Positions 20,281-34,400 of a DNA stretch of 64,000 bases are shown piece by piece. The stretch covers positions 220,479,741-220,543,740 of the forward strand of contig CM041465.1 in NCBI GenBank assembly GCA_023213395.1. Reading direction: 5' to 3'. This stretch comes from Cycas panzhihuaensis. Taxonomy: Eukaryota; Plantae; Cycadophyta. A model generated the notes under the pieces. That model was not told the DNA's origin. It searched no databases and saw nothing but the letters and a program-made list of their open reading frames with translations. Position 1 is the stretch's first letter; each line of letters starts with the position of its first letter. Made by a program: the position numbers and the translations under genes.

Positions 20281-23200
20281 TCTCTTTTATCAAATCCCTA
20301 TTAATGTGATGGGCAATCAAGTGTCACACTTAAGTTTAGTTGTAGTTTCAAAATGGTTCTTTCTATCAATTACATCATATATAGTTTTCTCATACAAAAT
20401 TGGCTTTCATCCTAATATCAAGGGTAAACTCAATCCCAACTCCAGATTACCACCATTCACCTCTTACTTTCTATTGCAAGCAAAAGCTTCTACAAGGCAA
20501 ATGTTTCACCATAATTAAGCCTCTTGACATGATTAGGTTCATCTTTAGATTACTCTCCTCAAAGTTAATTAGTATTTATTTCTTTCATACATGTATGGAT
20601 ATTTCTTTTATAGTGTGAATAGTGAATAATTTACTTTTGATGGATCATCTTATAATTTAACTATAGACTTAAATATATTTGATCTTTTATTATATATTTT
20701 TTTATTGAGGACTAATTGGATGATTGATTATGTATGATGATGGTTATGTCATTATTGATGAATAATACTATGGTGCATTTTATATCTTCTACTAAGTGTA
20801 AAGCTTACCTTGCTCCAAGTCTTTCCCTCTTCATTTGATTTTTTACCCACTTTCATCCTAGTATTTGATTTATTTTGGTCATATTTTAACCTCTTTTTAG
20901 CTTTAAGTTGTAGTGATTCTAGCTTTATCAGTTTATTTTTAGACCAAGTATCCTTTACCAAGATGACTTTTTTATGGAAAATATTCTATTTTTTGTGTTT
21001 TTTATTACATTTCATTTGTCGCATTTTTGGCAGGCTCAAAAATACAACTTTTTTAATAAAACATAGTGATAATATTTTATTAAGAGAATTACATTATTTG
21101 CTATTATACATACAAAAAATAATAGAAAACATTAATGTGCATACTTTTTCCAACACCGATTGCCCAGAATCAGGGCATGGCATCGCCTAATCTTTCCCAA
21201 TCACTTCATAGTCATAAAAGAATTATCCATCTAGTGATTTTGTGAGTGAAAGTCAATTAATCCATGGCAAAAAACTATGGCATGATTTTCCACCTATCCC
21301 TTTGCTCAGTCTCCATAAATCCAAATAATTTTTCTAAGCTTGGAGCTTTTTAGAGAATCTTTAAAGAGTTTCTTGAGTTTTTCTAAAGTGATGTTATACT
21401 ACTCAACTTCAGTGAGATCTTGCTAGTGTTCCCTTTACTATTTAAGACTTGATTGGAGATCCATCTTTATGAGAACCTATTGATCCTACTAAGAGGAATA
21501 GAGGGCTACATTTACCATATTTCCTACTTAGTTCTCAAGCTCCTAACTTCTCACCCATCTACTGAGATCAATCTTCTATAGTTTTTTCTAGTCTCACGTG
21601 TCCATCATACTCTTTCTCAACATCTATTGTCATCAATTCCATCATTCTCATGGATCCTTGGACTTGGTGGCGATATGTTAGGCAGAAATAAGACACCATT
21701 ATGAGGCATACATTATTTATTTTACTTAGATTTAAGATAATTTTACTTAGATTAATTATTGTTTTCCTTTTCAAGTTAATACATGGTTAGTTTTAAGCTT
21801 ATCTTAAAAAATATACAAAAAAAAAAAAAAACACTAACTTTTAGCTTTTATTACCATTGAAATCTAGTGGTTTTGTTGAATTTCCTTTTGTGGTAAAGCT
21901 TAGAATCAAACTAGATTTGATTCCTAAGCTTTTAACATGTTGATTGAGTTGTTAAAAGGTTGTTTTCAGAAATTAAACTGATTTTAATTCCTAGTTATAA
22001 TCCTTTCTAAACAATTACATTCCTCTTATTTGTTCCTTTACATGAATCTCAACAAGTTTGGCCCTGCCAAGAGTTGGAATAGCATATCTCAAACTTTTGA
22101 AAGAAAATGAAGTAATAAATTAAAAAGGATCATCAAGTAAGATAGTCTTCTCTTTTGCATGTGAGATTTTTTTTTTTAATCAATTATTGTAATATCCATG
22201 TTATATTATCTTGGTCAATGAGCATCATCTCAACATAAGGAGCATTGAAAAAAAGTGAAGTTAGTCAATTGCAAGGTCTTCTATAAGGTACATATTTATC
22301 ATCTCAATACCCTCTAATTTCTTTTCTTAGTTTCAAGATCTCATAAACAAGCAAGGAAAGGAAGGAAAACTACTAAACGAATAATTTTTGTTTATAAATT
22401 ATTTGCTTTGTTTCCTTCTCTCTTTCTTTGCTTGCTTATATAAAAAAAATAATAGATATTAGAAGACTTGATCTAGTCGGTTTTGGGCTATGAACTTGTG
22501 ATTGCCTAATTACTTGTCTCTTCTATCCTTTCACTTTCTCTTGAGTACATTTAAAATATTGAAAAAGGAAAATAAAAAGATAAACAATAGGATAAACATA
22601 AATACAACTTAAGCACCTAGATCTCCTTTGTCTCTTGTGACTACTTGTGTTTTATTTTCATTATTTAATCATTTAAAAAACACAAGTGAAAAGAGAAGGA
22701 ATTGCATTTTGCATTTCATGTGGTTTGATATGGTTTCATATTTATTTTATGTTGTATTCATTCAAATTGAGAATGCATGCTAGTTTTTGCATGTAGGATT
22801 GGCTTGTTGGTAGTTTACTTAAGTTAATTAGATTTAGAGTTATATCTTTTATGTGCATGTAAACTATTTCATAACCTATATTCATAGAATTCTTTCTTTA
22901 TAAAATTAATCCAGAAGTAGATAAGATCCTTTCTTAGGGATTGGTTAAAAGGTTACTCCTTAAGACTAGTTACTTTAGTTTCTCTTCTCATGGAGTCACT
23001 CTAAAGTGGTTGGCCCCAAACCAATAAATTAGCACCACCCTTATGTTGGCCAAATGGCTCGAAGGGCCTATGAAGGGAGTGGTATCAAATGATTTAGAAT
23101 ATATGAGGAAGGAGATTCTTAATCAAGTGAGCGAGAAGAACATTATAACACTAATTTAGTAGAATCTAATGAGAAATTCTATGAAACATATTTAGAAAAG

Positions 23201-23999
23201 GAAGAAAATAAAGATATAAAAGGAAAAGAATAAGGTCCCCTCTAATGATATATGAAATCCATAAATTTAATTAAATATCATTTTATGAAGAAAAACACTT
23301 AATGTACACAATGTTGCATTAACTACTAGAGAGATTTACATAATTGAGAAAGGAAGCGACGGAGAATACAAGTATTGTTAATACTCAAAATCCCAATCTT
23401 ATATTGGCCTACAACATATAGGAGAGAGGTGGCAGTCTAGACATTAGTACAAAATTATTTTCAATATAATTTGGTGGTGAATTAGAATCATCTTATTATA
23501 ATTCAATAAAAATTAGAAGGTATAAGACATATTAAACTCTACAAAAATGAATCAAGAAAGCAAGGCATGTTAAAGCTTGCTTAGGACTAGTTGTTTAATA
23601 CCAGAAAACAAAAATCTAGGTAGAGAATTAGAAAAAATAAAGGAGACAATATGATTAAGGGTGAATTTTCAACAATCATTTGGAAATAAAGGTGAGTGGG
23701 GGGAGGGGGGAGGGGGGAGGGTGGTGGAGGGGAGCAATTGATCAATTTATGGAGGGAATGAAAAACTTTGAGAGAAATCATATACCTCTTTTAGGTTATA
23801 ATTTAACAAATCTTGCTCTAAAGATGGGACCAAGTGTGAGCTTCAAGATGAAGTATAAGATGAGGATGCTTCAGTCGATTGTGAGGAACCTTGAAAGACT
23901 AGGAATTTTGCACTTAAACACACGAGCATATCATATAAAAAAAAGAGTAAAAAATGAGAGTCCAACTCAACATAAAAGAAGATAAGATAGATATTTATT

Positions 24000-25690
24000 A
24001 AAAACTCAAGATTTATGTAATCAATATTTAAACATATATCTAAGCCCAAAATATAAATATAAGTGGTTATTAGTGTACAACCATTATTCAAAGGGCTTCA
24101 ATATTATTTACAAGAAACAAATATATTTATGGGGTCTTATAAGATAAAGGAATTCGACCAAAGTTTGGAGTATACAAGATAAAATTAGGGGAAGGTGCAA
24201 AATTAGTATGACAAAGGCCTCCCTAAATGAATCTTATGATTAAGGATTAAGTAAAGATGGAGTTAGATAAGATGTTGGCATTAAGTTACATTTACGAGGT
24301 CAATAAAACTAATGAAATAGACTAGTAATGGTAGTGAAAAAGAAAAATAGAAAAGTATATATTTGTTTTGATTATTGACCGTTGGCAAAATTAGTAAGAA
24401 AGGTCTATTTCAATATCATTTACTAAAGATGTCTTTTAGAGTCATTGATTCTAAAGTGGATATTTTTGCAAGTGTCTTTAATGGTTATAATAAGATCAAA
24501 GTATCCCTAGAAGATTAATGAAAATACACACATTTGATAGCATGAGGAACATATGCTTATTGAAAAATGCCATTTGGATTGACAAATGTCCTAACAATAT
24601 TCTATAGAGTCATGTTAAATATATTTAAAGAGGAAATTTATACAAAGATGAAAGGTTTTCTTAATGATTGGACCTTGCATAGATTAATGGACAATCATTT
24701 GACAAATCAAAGAGACATTGTAAAAGATTATGGAAAATAAATAAATTATATCTAAACCCTCTAACATATAAATGTATGGTACCATTTAGAAAGTTATTAA
24801 GTCACATTTTCAAAAAATAAGAGTTACTAACAAACATGGCACAAATGGAAGTGATTATCGTGTTCATAATTTTAATTACTCTAAACCAAGTTAAGAGTTC
24901 TTAGAAATGACAAGTTATTATAGAAAATTCATTAAAGGCAATGCTTGAATTTAACTGCCATTGGAGAAACTCTCAAGTCAAGGTATGCCTTGACATGGGG
25001 GATAAGTGAACAAATGGTGTTCAATATATCATTACTTTAAAATACCTAAATGACAATCTTGGAAGTTTTCAGTTGGTAAGAAAAAGAAAAAAAACAAATC
25101 CATGTTGATGCATCCTTATATGTTATTGGATGCATTACAACCTAGTTTGGAAATAAAAAGATAAACTATCTAAGACACTTTGCCAACAAGAAGTTAACTA
25201 TAATTACATATAATTATATAATGACAGCAAAAATTAGATTGGATATAATCTATGCCCTCCAAAAATTTAGGCATTATTTGCTTGCCAACCCTTTTAAATC
25301 TTTATGTGGATCATTAAGAATTGATACATCTCTAATACAATACAATGCTACAAGGGAGGACAAATAAATGGCTATTGTTATTTTAAGAGTCATGGTCAAA
25401 CTAAAAGAAGTCCATGCTACTCTTGATTATATTTTGCATATTGAAAAAGGCACAAAAGCAACTAACATAAATGTTTATTTTTTGTATGACAAAATATTTA
25501 ATGTAGATATAATTCTAGAATGGCATGAAATAATTGCAAAATATTTAATTATTGAAACTGTCCTATCTAGTACGATATAATTAAGTTAAGAGAACCAACA
25601 TATTCTAGTTCGTCTATGGAGCATTATTTAAGATGTGATTAAACAACATTCTACGAAAATGTGCATTACAATATGAAGTGATAAATTTTA
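24000..25690 (+). pseudogene. pol: Highly degenerate non-chromovirus Ty3/Gypsy pol (Athila/Phygy-like RT-RH); 20638-23000 may be its LTR/UTR
   Basis: NGYNKIKVSLED, GTYAY.KMPFGLTN, FLND (YxDD), HVDASLYVIG, YALQKFRHYLLANPF, EWHEIIAKYL. Confidence 0.75.
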
Positions 25691-26226
25691 AGTTAGTTCC
25701 ATAAAGACTTTGCTATGGGGGTTGAATAATTTAAAAATTCCAATTTCAAGTTTAATTCTATTTTATTTTCATAAAAAAAAAGTATATGACTGAAAAGAGT
25801 AATAAAGCAATCTTCTTATCATTTAGAAGCCCTTTTTGTCTTTATGGTTTACTAATCATTTCATGACAGCTTTCACTCTTCACATTCCTAATTGTGAAAG
25901 GTTGTGGTGTAGTATCTCTAGTTGATAATATAGAGACAATAGTGTGTGACAATAATTTTTAGGGAGAAAACAATTTTGTGATTTTTAGGGGGTTTTCTTA
26001 TTCAAATGATTACTAAAAAAGAAAGTGGAAGTCCTCTTAGATATATTCCAACTCATGTGACTTTATGTGTTGGAAGATTAGGGGTTCAATTTTACTAAGC
26101 ATATAGTGAATCTCTCATGAGCACAATATCCCCAATTTCATGGAAACAATGATTTACAAGGGGTACACTTTGAAACGTGATCACACCATAAAATTTGAAT
26201 CATAATTTATCTAATATAATATTTAA

Positions 26227-26414
26227 GATATTTTCTAGTTAACAAAGGCATTAGACTTGTTCTTAGAATTAGAATTTATACAACAAATTCACCTTCCTGT
26301 TGTATGCAAGACTCGTTTGGGATATTTTCTAATTAACAAAGGCATTAGACTTGTCCTTAGAATTAGAATTTATACAACAGATTCACCTTCCTGTTGTATG
26401 CAAGACTCGTTTGG
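26227..26414 (+). repeat. 94-bp tandem duplication (2 copies)
   Basis: 26227-26320 and 26321-26414 differ at only about 3 positions. Confidence 0.93.
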
Positions 26415-26433
26415 GATGTCAAACAGCCCTACG

Positions 26434-26516
26434 CTAAAATTGCTCAACTCAATGTCTTTAACTAAAATTGCTCAACTCAATGTCTTTAACTAAAATTGCT
26501 CAACTCGATATCTTTA
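26434..26516 (+). repeat. 28-bp tandem repeat x3 (CTAAAATTGCTCAACTCAATGTCTTTAA)
   Basis: Direct reading. Confidence 0.93.
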
Positions 26517-26690
26517 TTGTACGTGTCTATAGATCAATTGCTCTCCAACTAAATCTGTGTTTTCTGAACTTTGCAGAGTATGTAGCCCTGCTCTCAAAGT
26601 CGATTGCAGTCTACTTATATCGGTGCTCCAACGGTCCACTGATGTGGAGTCTGTTAAAAGCTATACTCATAGATGTTTACTACACATGAA

Positions 26691-28539
26691 CTACTGTGTG
26701 GAAGAAGTTTGGCTATTAGATGCTTCTCCATTGTTCTTCTGTATTACAGTCCTACTATCTAACAAGGACCATATATCTGTGGGGAATTTGGAAGCCCCTG
26801 TATTTGTTATTCCAAGAAATGTTGCTATGATACTCTCCAACAGTCATTACCATTTTACCAATCTCTGGAGGCAGGGAGCCTTGGAGGGAATTGCTGGAGA
26901 GGTTGAAATAGAATAATAGATTTTGTAGACCTGCAACCTCTGGCGGTATGTTTCCATGGAGTCTGTTGTAGGACAGGTCGAGCAGTTCCAGACGCCAACA
27001 ATTGCCGAGAGATGCAGGTATGTTTCCTGATAATTGGTTTTTTGAAAGATAAAGCCTTCTGAGCTGCTGGAGATGGCCAAGAGAAGGAGGAATTGGTCCA
27101 GAAATGATGGTTTCCTCAAGTGACAAGAGTCCTAAGCTTTGTAGTTGGCCCATCTCGCTGGGGATGCTCCCTTCTAATTTGTTGTAGCTCAAATACAATC
27201 TTTCCAGCTTTTGGAGTCTTTTGAATTGAGATGGAATGCTGCCGCTGAAGAGATTCTCATGCAAAGCCAGGAATGTCAAGTTGGTTAGATTGCCAATCTG
27301 CTGAGCTATTCTTCCTCTTATATAATTGGATGATAAGTGTAGGGAGGACAGTGTAGTAGAGAGCTGGCCTATAGCAGAAGGCAAAACGCCAGTCAGGCGA
27401 TTATAGCCCAAGTCCAGCCGTTCTAAGAGGGAGCAATTGGTGAGATGTGTAAGAATGGGCAATTCGGTACTGCTTCCACTAACAAATTGATTTCTCCATA
27501 AGTCAAGGCATCGAAGGAGAGCCAACTTACCCAGCTCTATTGGCACCGTCCCGCTCAGCTGATTATGGGACAGCTCGAGTATTGTGAGTTGGGAACAGTT
27601 GGCAAAAGAGTTTGGAATGTTACCACTCAGCCGATTTATGGCCAGATATACTTCTTGCAGGTTGGTGAGTTTGTGACCCAACTGCGATGGAATGCGTCCA
27701 ATTAAGTCGTTGTCTTCTAAACTCAAAATTTGGAGAGAGGTGCAGTTGGAGAGGGAAGAGGGAATCGATCCTTCCAAGTAGTTGGGGCCCAAGTTCAGGA
27801 TTTTGAGATTTGTAAGACGACCGTCGATGTGATTTGAAGCAAGAAATAACTGGGTCAAGGTGGAGATATTTGCCAATGAAGAGGGAATACTACCCGATAC
27901 TTGGCTTTCCTTGATGAGCAGGTTTTTCAAGTGGGCGAATGTTCCGAATTGAGGGGGAATGACGCCGGACAAATTGTTTACGCCCAATTCCAAATCAATC
28001 AAGGAGGACATGTTGGCTAAGGAGGAGGGAATGGTGCCTGACAGCCTATTTACTCCCAAACCAAGAAACTGTAGATTTGTGAGTAGGCCAAGTTCGCAGG
28101 GAATGGGTCCGCTCAGAGGGTTATACGAAAGAGAGAGCCGTCTTAAGCGGTGAAGGTGTCCAAGTTCCTTCGGAATGCGTCCGTAAAAGCTATTATTGAA
28201 AAGAAACAATTTACCAAGGAATGACAAATTGGCAAGAAAAGGAGAGAGAGAACCTTGTAGACCCATATTTCTGAGGTCGAGAAGCACCACTCTGTCCCTC
28301 CTTGGGCTGCAAGCAACTCCACTTCAATTACAAAATGCAGTCAGATTGGGGTTCCAATCGAGCAACGCATTTTGGGGGTCGTAAAAGATAGAGGCCTTGA
28401 ATTGCAACAGAGAGTGTTGATCGGTAGCATTGTTGAGGTGGGGATGCGAATGCTGATGAGATGGAGACGAGGACGATGATAACCGAATTGCAAAGGCGAA
28501 GAGAAGAAACAACAACAATTTCAATTTCAGCAGATCCAT
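26691..28539 (-). pseudogene. LRR receptor-like kinase (LRR-XII, FLS2/EFR/Xa21-like) pseudogene lacking TM and kinase
   Basis: Signal peptide, LRRNT (TDQHSLLQFK...DW...CN*SGVAC) with an in-frame TGA at 28324-28326, about 19 plant LRRs (LxLxxNxLSGxIP), then an abrupt join at ~26844 to a frame reading LLESIIATFLG...FPTDIWSLL...SNSQTSSTQ*, which resembles a post-kinase C-terminal tail. Confidence 0.92.
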
Positions 28540-28649
28540 CTCACCCCTCAATTTGAGAAGCTTCACAGAATGTATTTCACCTTCGATCGCTCCAAACTAA
28601 GAACACAACACACGGTTTGGCTCACATGCGGATTTTTATCAAACCTTCG

Positions 28650-30072
28650 AGATGCACTTATTCTCCACCATTCATTCGATTTTATAATGCTTTTCTAGTT
28701 AATTATCAATAAATAAATTTATATTTTATATAAATTTTTATAATTTATGTCTATTTATAATTATTATAAATGCAGACTATTTGTATCACCTTCCTTCCAA
28801 TGCACTTCTTTTCAACAATTTATCTTCTCTTACATCACTATGACTTTTGGGATGATTGCGATCTTTTGACAAAAAATATCTACGTTATATTATATTATTT
28901 TTTATTAATCAATTAATAATAGAAATTGATATTTATTAACTTTTAAGATGTATTTTTTTCCATGATTTATCTAATTTTATAAGACTTTTGTATGTAATTA
29001 ATAACAAACATGGATTTTACATAACTTTTCATAATCTATATTATATTCATATCTAATTACTTATAAATATAGACTCTTCATATCACTTTCAAAATGCACT
29101 TTCCTTCAATAATTTATTTCATAGTGCATGATTTTTGCAATGACCATAACCTCTTTGTAAAAATTATCTATATTATATTATATTATATTACATTACATTA
29201 CATTATAATATATTATATTATATTATATTTAGTTAACTAATTGTTAATATAGATTAATTTTTTATTAACTTTTAATATGTTTTTTTTTTAAAGATTCATC
29301 TAATTTAATAAGTCTTTTGCAAGTAATTAGTAATAAACATGGATCTTATATAACTCTCCACAATTCATATGACATTTGTTTCTAATTATTATAAATATAA
29401 ACTATTTATATCACTTTCAAGATGCACTTTCTCTCAACAATTTATTTCATATTACATGACTTTTACGACAACCACAACTCTTTAGCAAAAATTATCCATA
29501 TTATTTTGTATTAGTTTTTATTAATTAATTATTAACACACAATTTTTTTATTAATTTTTAAGATAAACTTTTTTTTCATAATCTATCTAATTTTATAAGA
29601 CTTTATAAACATAGACTTTATATAACTTTCCACAATTTACATGACATTTGTGCCCAATTACTTATAAATATAAACTCTTTATATCACTTTCAAAATGTGC
29701 TTTCTTTAAATAATTTATCTCATATTATATGACTATTGTGACAACCACAACCCCTTAGCAAAAAATAATATTTTATTTTATATTATTTTTGGTTAATTAA
29801 TTGTTAATAAGAACTAATTTTTTATTAATTTTTAAGACACACTTCTTATCCAGAATTCATCTAATTTTATAAGACTTTTGTTGGTAATTAGTAACAAACA
29901 TACATTTTATATAACATTCTAAAATTTATATGACATTTATATCCAATTACTTATAAATATACTCTGTATATCATCTTCAAGATGTACCTTCTTTTAACAA
30001 TTTATCTCATATTACATGACCTTTATAACAACCATACCTCCTTGGTAAAAATCACCCATATTATATTATATT
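28650..30072. repeat. AT-rich tandem array, ~290-bp monomer, ~4.5 copies
   Basis: Recurring ATAAAT..A.ACT..TATCAC.TT.CAA.ATG.AC at ~28766, 29063, 29391, 29664 and 29953, and ATCTAATTTTATAAGACTTT in each unit. Confidence 0.88.
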
Positions 30073-30499
30073 ATGAATGTAGGTCCATGGCAAATAATTG
30101 CCAAGAACTATCATTCCATTATTTCACTAGCTACTTTACTTTATTTCTTTTAAAATTTTATCTTCAATATCACTAATGTCATAATAAGAGTTTCTTAATA
30201 ATTTAAAAAAATATATCAACAGTCTACTTGTATTATTGCCATATGTGATGTACTAATTATATTTATATGATAACTTAGGTAATGTTACCTAAAAAATTAT
30301 CATTAATACTTAAGCAATAATTTTTACAATAATGTCTTCATACCATATATCTATAATTTTACATTTTATCCATATTATAAGATTTTTCTTTAAAATATTA
30401 TTTTCCCCACAAAGAATTATTACATAAATATGTAAATTAAAATGATCATTCATGCCAAATTATGGTTTTATAATCCTACTACTACATCTTTTTCTATGG

Positions 30500-30850
30500 A
30501 ATATATATTATAATTTTATATAAAAACTACCAAGATTATTTTTCATAGATATCATCTAGATATATGGAATATATTTAATTATATTATCAAAACCATTGAG
30601 CACTTTTAAGATCCTTATTACGATGGTCATACTTTACTAGGAGGGTGATTTCTTCTACTTCAAACTCATAGAAATAGGATATTACATCATCACATGTAAT
30701 GAATAAGATATAGATATATCAATAAATATTTAAGTAAGAATTCTTCTTCTTTATTAGCTTTATATATAAGTAGCTAGGTATATAGAAAGGATAATATAAT
30801 ATAATTGATTAGCCTCTATCAACTAAGGGATGGATAGGCGTGATGCATAT
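30500..30850 (+). pseudogene. Very degenerate Gypsy integrase zinc-finger fragment
   Basis: H....GG.F...KLIEIGYY-like reading at ~30625-30685; little else recognisable. Confidence 0.35.
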
Positions 30851-31450
30851 TTCTATCTATCTATAATTATATGTATATGTATATTATAATATAACATATA
30901 TATCATGTAGTGTTGGATGTTTAAGACTAAGCTCACCATACGCATAAAATTACTTAATAATCATCAAAGCTTAATCAAGCATTACCATAGATGTGCATTG
31001 TAATAGATGCACATAGCATGTCCTCTGCTAATCTAGTTAATAATTACTTTATTGTCATTAGCCAATGTGATTTCTCTTACCAATAACATTATCTAATGAC
31101 TAATACTTATAGAACTATGGATTTTAGGCTAATTGGTCAAGTTGTATAGTATCACTTTTCTTGATTTATTATTTAAATTTATATAGTATCATAAGTATTT
31201 ATACTAACTAAATCTATTACAAGTATAATTATGAAAGCTGACTCATAATCACCTTGTTGACAACCCAACCGGTATGACCATTATCTTTAAGCTTAGTTGA
31301 TTAGCTTGAATATCATTAACTAACTTTACGTTTAATTAATGTTATCCAATTCACATAACTGACTAACATCTCTCCCAGAGTTATAGCATGATCTATCCTA
31401 AAGTACTATATAAAATTTTAAAATTCACTAACATATCTTTTAGAGTTAAG

Positions 31451-34400
31451 TATTGAAAATATAAAAATTCTATGATTATCTCTAATCCCACATTAAAATA
31501 TAATAATAGTTACTATGATACCATAAGATAAATGATGCAATAATAATTGAAGATTTTGAACTCATAAGTATGTACACATAATGAAGTAATCAACATTAAT
31601 ATCAAATAATAAACATATAAAGCATACACCATAAGATAGACATCAAGATTTATATGTCAAAAACCTAGTGTAGGAAAAACCACGAGAGAAGGTGGAGTTT
31701 GAACTCTACTTATGATCATAAGGATTACATCTTTCTCCTCTCTCTTTGTTCTATCCATTCTTAAGTTCTCAAGTGGTGAGTGTATATATTTATAACAAGA
31801 TCACCTCATGAGTAGCCTATTATATGTTATGAGCTTTTACATCATCCAATAATATGATAAAATAAATATGTGTGCATCTCATATATCTTGATATATGTAA
31901 ATGGAAGGAGGTATATGTATATAACATATGCATTAAATATTACATTTTTTAACATCCCCCTTTAATATTTAATGTTCTTGAATCTTGATCTCAAGACTTC
32001 AAGTCTTTATGTCTTTACCTTTAATCTATATGTTAGAACCCATAACCTATAATTGTATCCTATATGAAGTATCATCTTTATCCTATAAATAACTTATAAC
32101 CATATGCTTACTTTTAGTAAGCATTAACTTATATAAAACTAACATATATGAAGTGTTTCCATGTGCATCTTTATATCTTCACCTATATGGTTGATTTTAA
32201 TCAATACTAAGTTAACCATAATTAACATTCTGTTAACCATTCATCAAATCAAGAATCAAGAAAAGTGATTTCTGAATCCATATAAAATAATAACCATCTA
32301 CCAAAATATATGAATAACCAGCCATTGTAATCACTAGTTCTCTAGGAAATTACTTCGAATATATGGTTCATTATCCTTCTAAATTGGTTATAGGAATAGC
32401 ACAATTGAGTGTATTATGTAAGAGTAGCATCAACTAGACTGATTTAATAGCTAGATCATATCTTAACTAACTAACTCTGAGAATAGGTTAAATTACCTAG
32501 CCAAGACAAGTTAATTGTAACAAGATAAACTATACATAACTTTAGTTGGATAACATCAACAACTAATGTAGTATGCCAAATAATAGGTGGATTCTATTTA
32601 TCATGAAAAAATTATTTTAATAACTAAGTCATATGTATATTAAGTTAGGGTTTATCATTTATCATCCACTAAACCAAATGTGATGTTGTCAAGGGAGATT
32701 TAAATAATTGACATATCAAGGATGTCTTATGTTATAATTTTATCAAATGTTTCTTACTTAATAAAAATTTTCAACTAAAATATACCTTAAAATATCATAA
32801 ATAAGCTTTAAATTATTTGATTTTAAATCAAACTTTATTTTTCATCCACCATTACTAAAAAATAACTTTACCATTATGTTTAGAGCCTTTGAAAACATTA
32901 GAATTGACTAAAATTTTCCTAAACATAAATATGGAATTCATCATAAATGGAGTTTGGAGCATTGACATCAATTTTAGTCTTACTTTTCTTTGTTTTCTAC
33001 TAACCAAAATATATCTTGTGACCATTCATTTTGGTCGTTTCAAAGTTTTCTTTCCAATGTAACTGATGACGCTTGATTTTAATACACAAGTGAGAAGTTA
33101 TGTAATAAAATGTACTAGTGACCCATAAAAAAATGAAAAAGAACCTTTGAAAATTAATTTAGCCCCTTTTACTACTTAACTCCTAGTCATATAGGCTGTC
33201 CATATGATCTCCTACTAACTTGTCAAGGGGTTCCATGGATTTAAAATGATTATCCAATCTAGTTAAAATAACAAAATCAAACATAATTTTTTTAGGGTTA
33301 TAAAAAAAATTGTCTCTATAAAAAAACTACACGATGAAAATCTGTGTAAATCTTTCTCCTACATGAATATTCATCGAGTGATCAATATGCAGGTGATTAT
33401 TCCCTGCATGGCTCAAATATTTGTGTAAGATTTCTATGTGTGAACTAAGGAAGAAGGGCATGATACAATTATTTGTTCAATTTATGGCAGGGTTTGTCTA
33501 GTTTGAATGGTACTCATTTGTACATAACTACGTGCAATTGCCATTGCAAGGGTTATTTAACTAGGTGTGATCTGTGAGTTATGTGTTAGGGCATGATGTG
33601 TTTGTGATGATAGGGTTGATAGGCCATGAGTTGGATGTAATCTCAATCTTAGCTAGTCACATCTTGATGGTATACAAACTTGTCCATTCATCATAAGTAG
33701 GAAATCTCCTACCCAAATAGGTGTTTCTATAAAGGCCAACTAGTTGTCCCATAACAACTTTGTTCACACCTTGATAAGTTACCTCAAGTGTTATATTACA
33801 TTGTACTGATGAAGATCTTTATCCACTTGTTCCATTAAAAATTGATTTGCTTTCATAATATACTTTGTGCCTAGTGACCTTTCTAGGATGGAGAGGAAAC
33901 TTCAATAATTTACTAGACATGGGAGGAACTAGAACCTAAGAAGGACTTACTTCTTTAGGCTTGGAACCTTGCAATGTTCCTTGAGAGATGGCAATGCTAG
34001 TGGAGGGTTTATTACAACTAGCTTTTTCACAAGTTAGACGTTTACTTATGCTATTTCAATTATATATGTATAATTTATACACATTCAACAAAATATAATG
34101 CTCCCTCATAATAAATTTCACACCAAAAATCATCAAATAATTTATTTATATGTATTCCATAAATTGATCCAAAGTATGTCCATCATCACATTAATCACAT
34201 ACCATTATTAAATTCTTTTATATAACATATACGAGAAAAGTTCTTTCATATATATGTGATTCTATTAACATAAACATTTCATGCTATAATAAAATAATCA
34301 ACCATTACATATATTCCATATGTCAAGATTCAATCATACCCACATATCAACAAACTAGCCATAATGTGTGATATGCCCTTATTATTAATATTTATGTCAT

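Noticed and set aside
23691-23733. G-run cluster (potential G-quadruplex) and Pro/Gly-rich ORFs
   Set aside because: Low-complexity tract in a decayed Gypsy; no evidence of conservation.
26227-30072. Repeat arrays as CRISPR-like
   Set aside because: Head-to-tail duplications without unique spacers; no cas genes; eukaryotic context.
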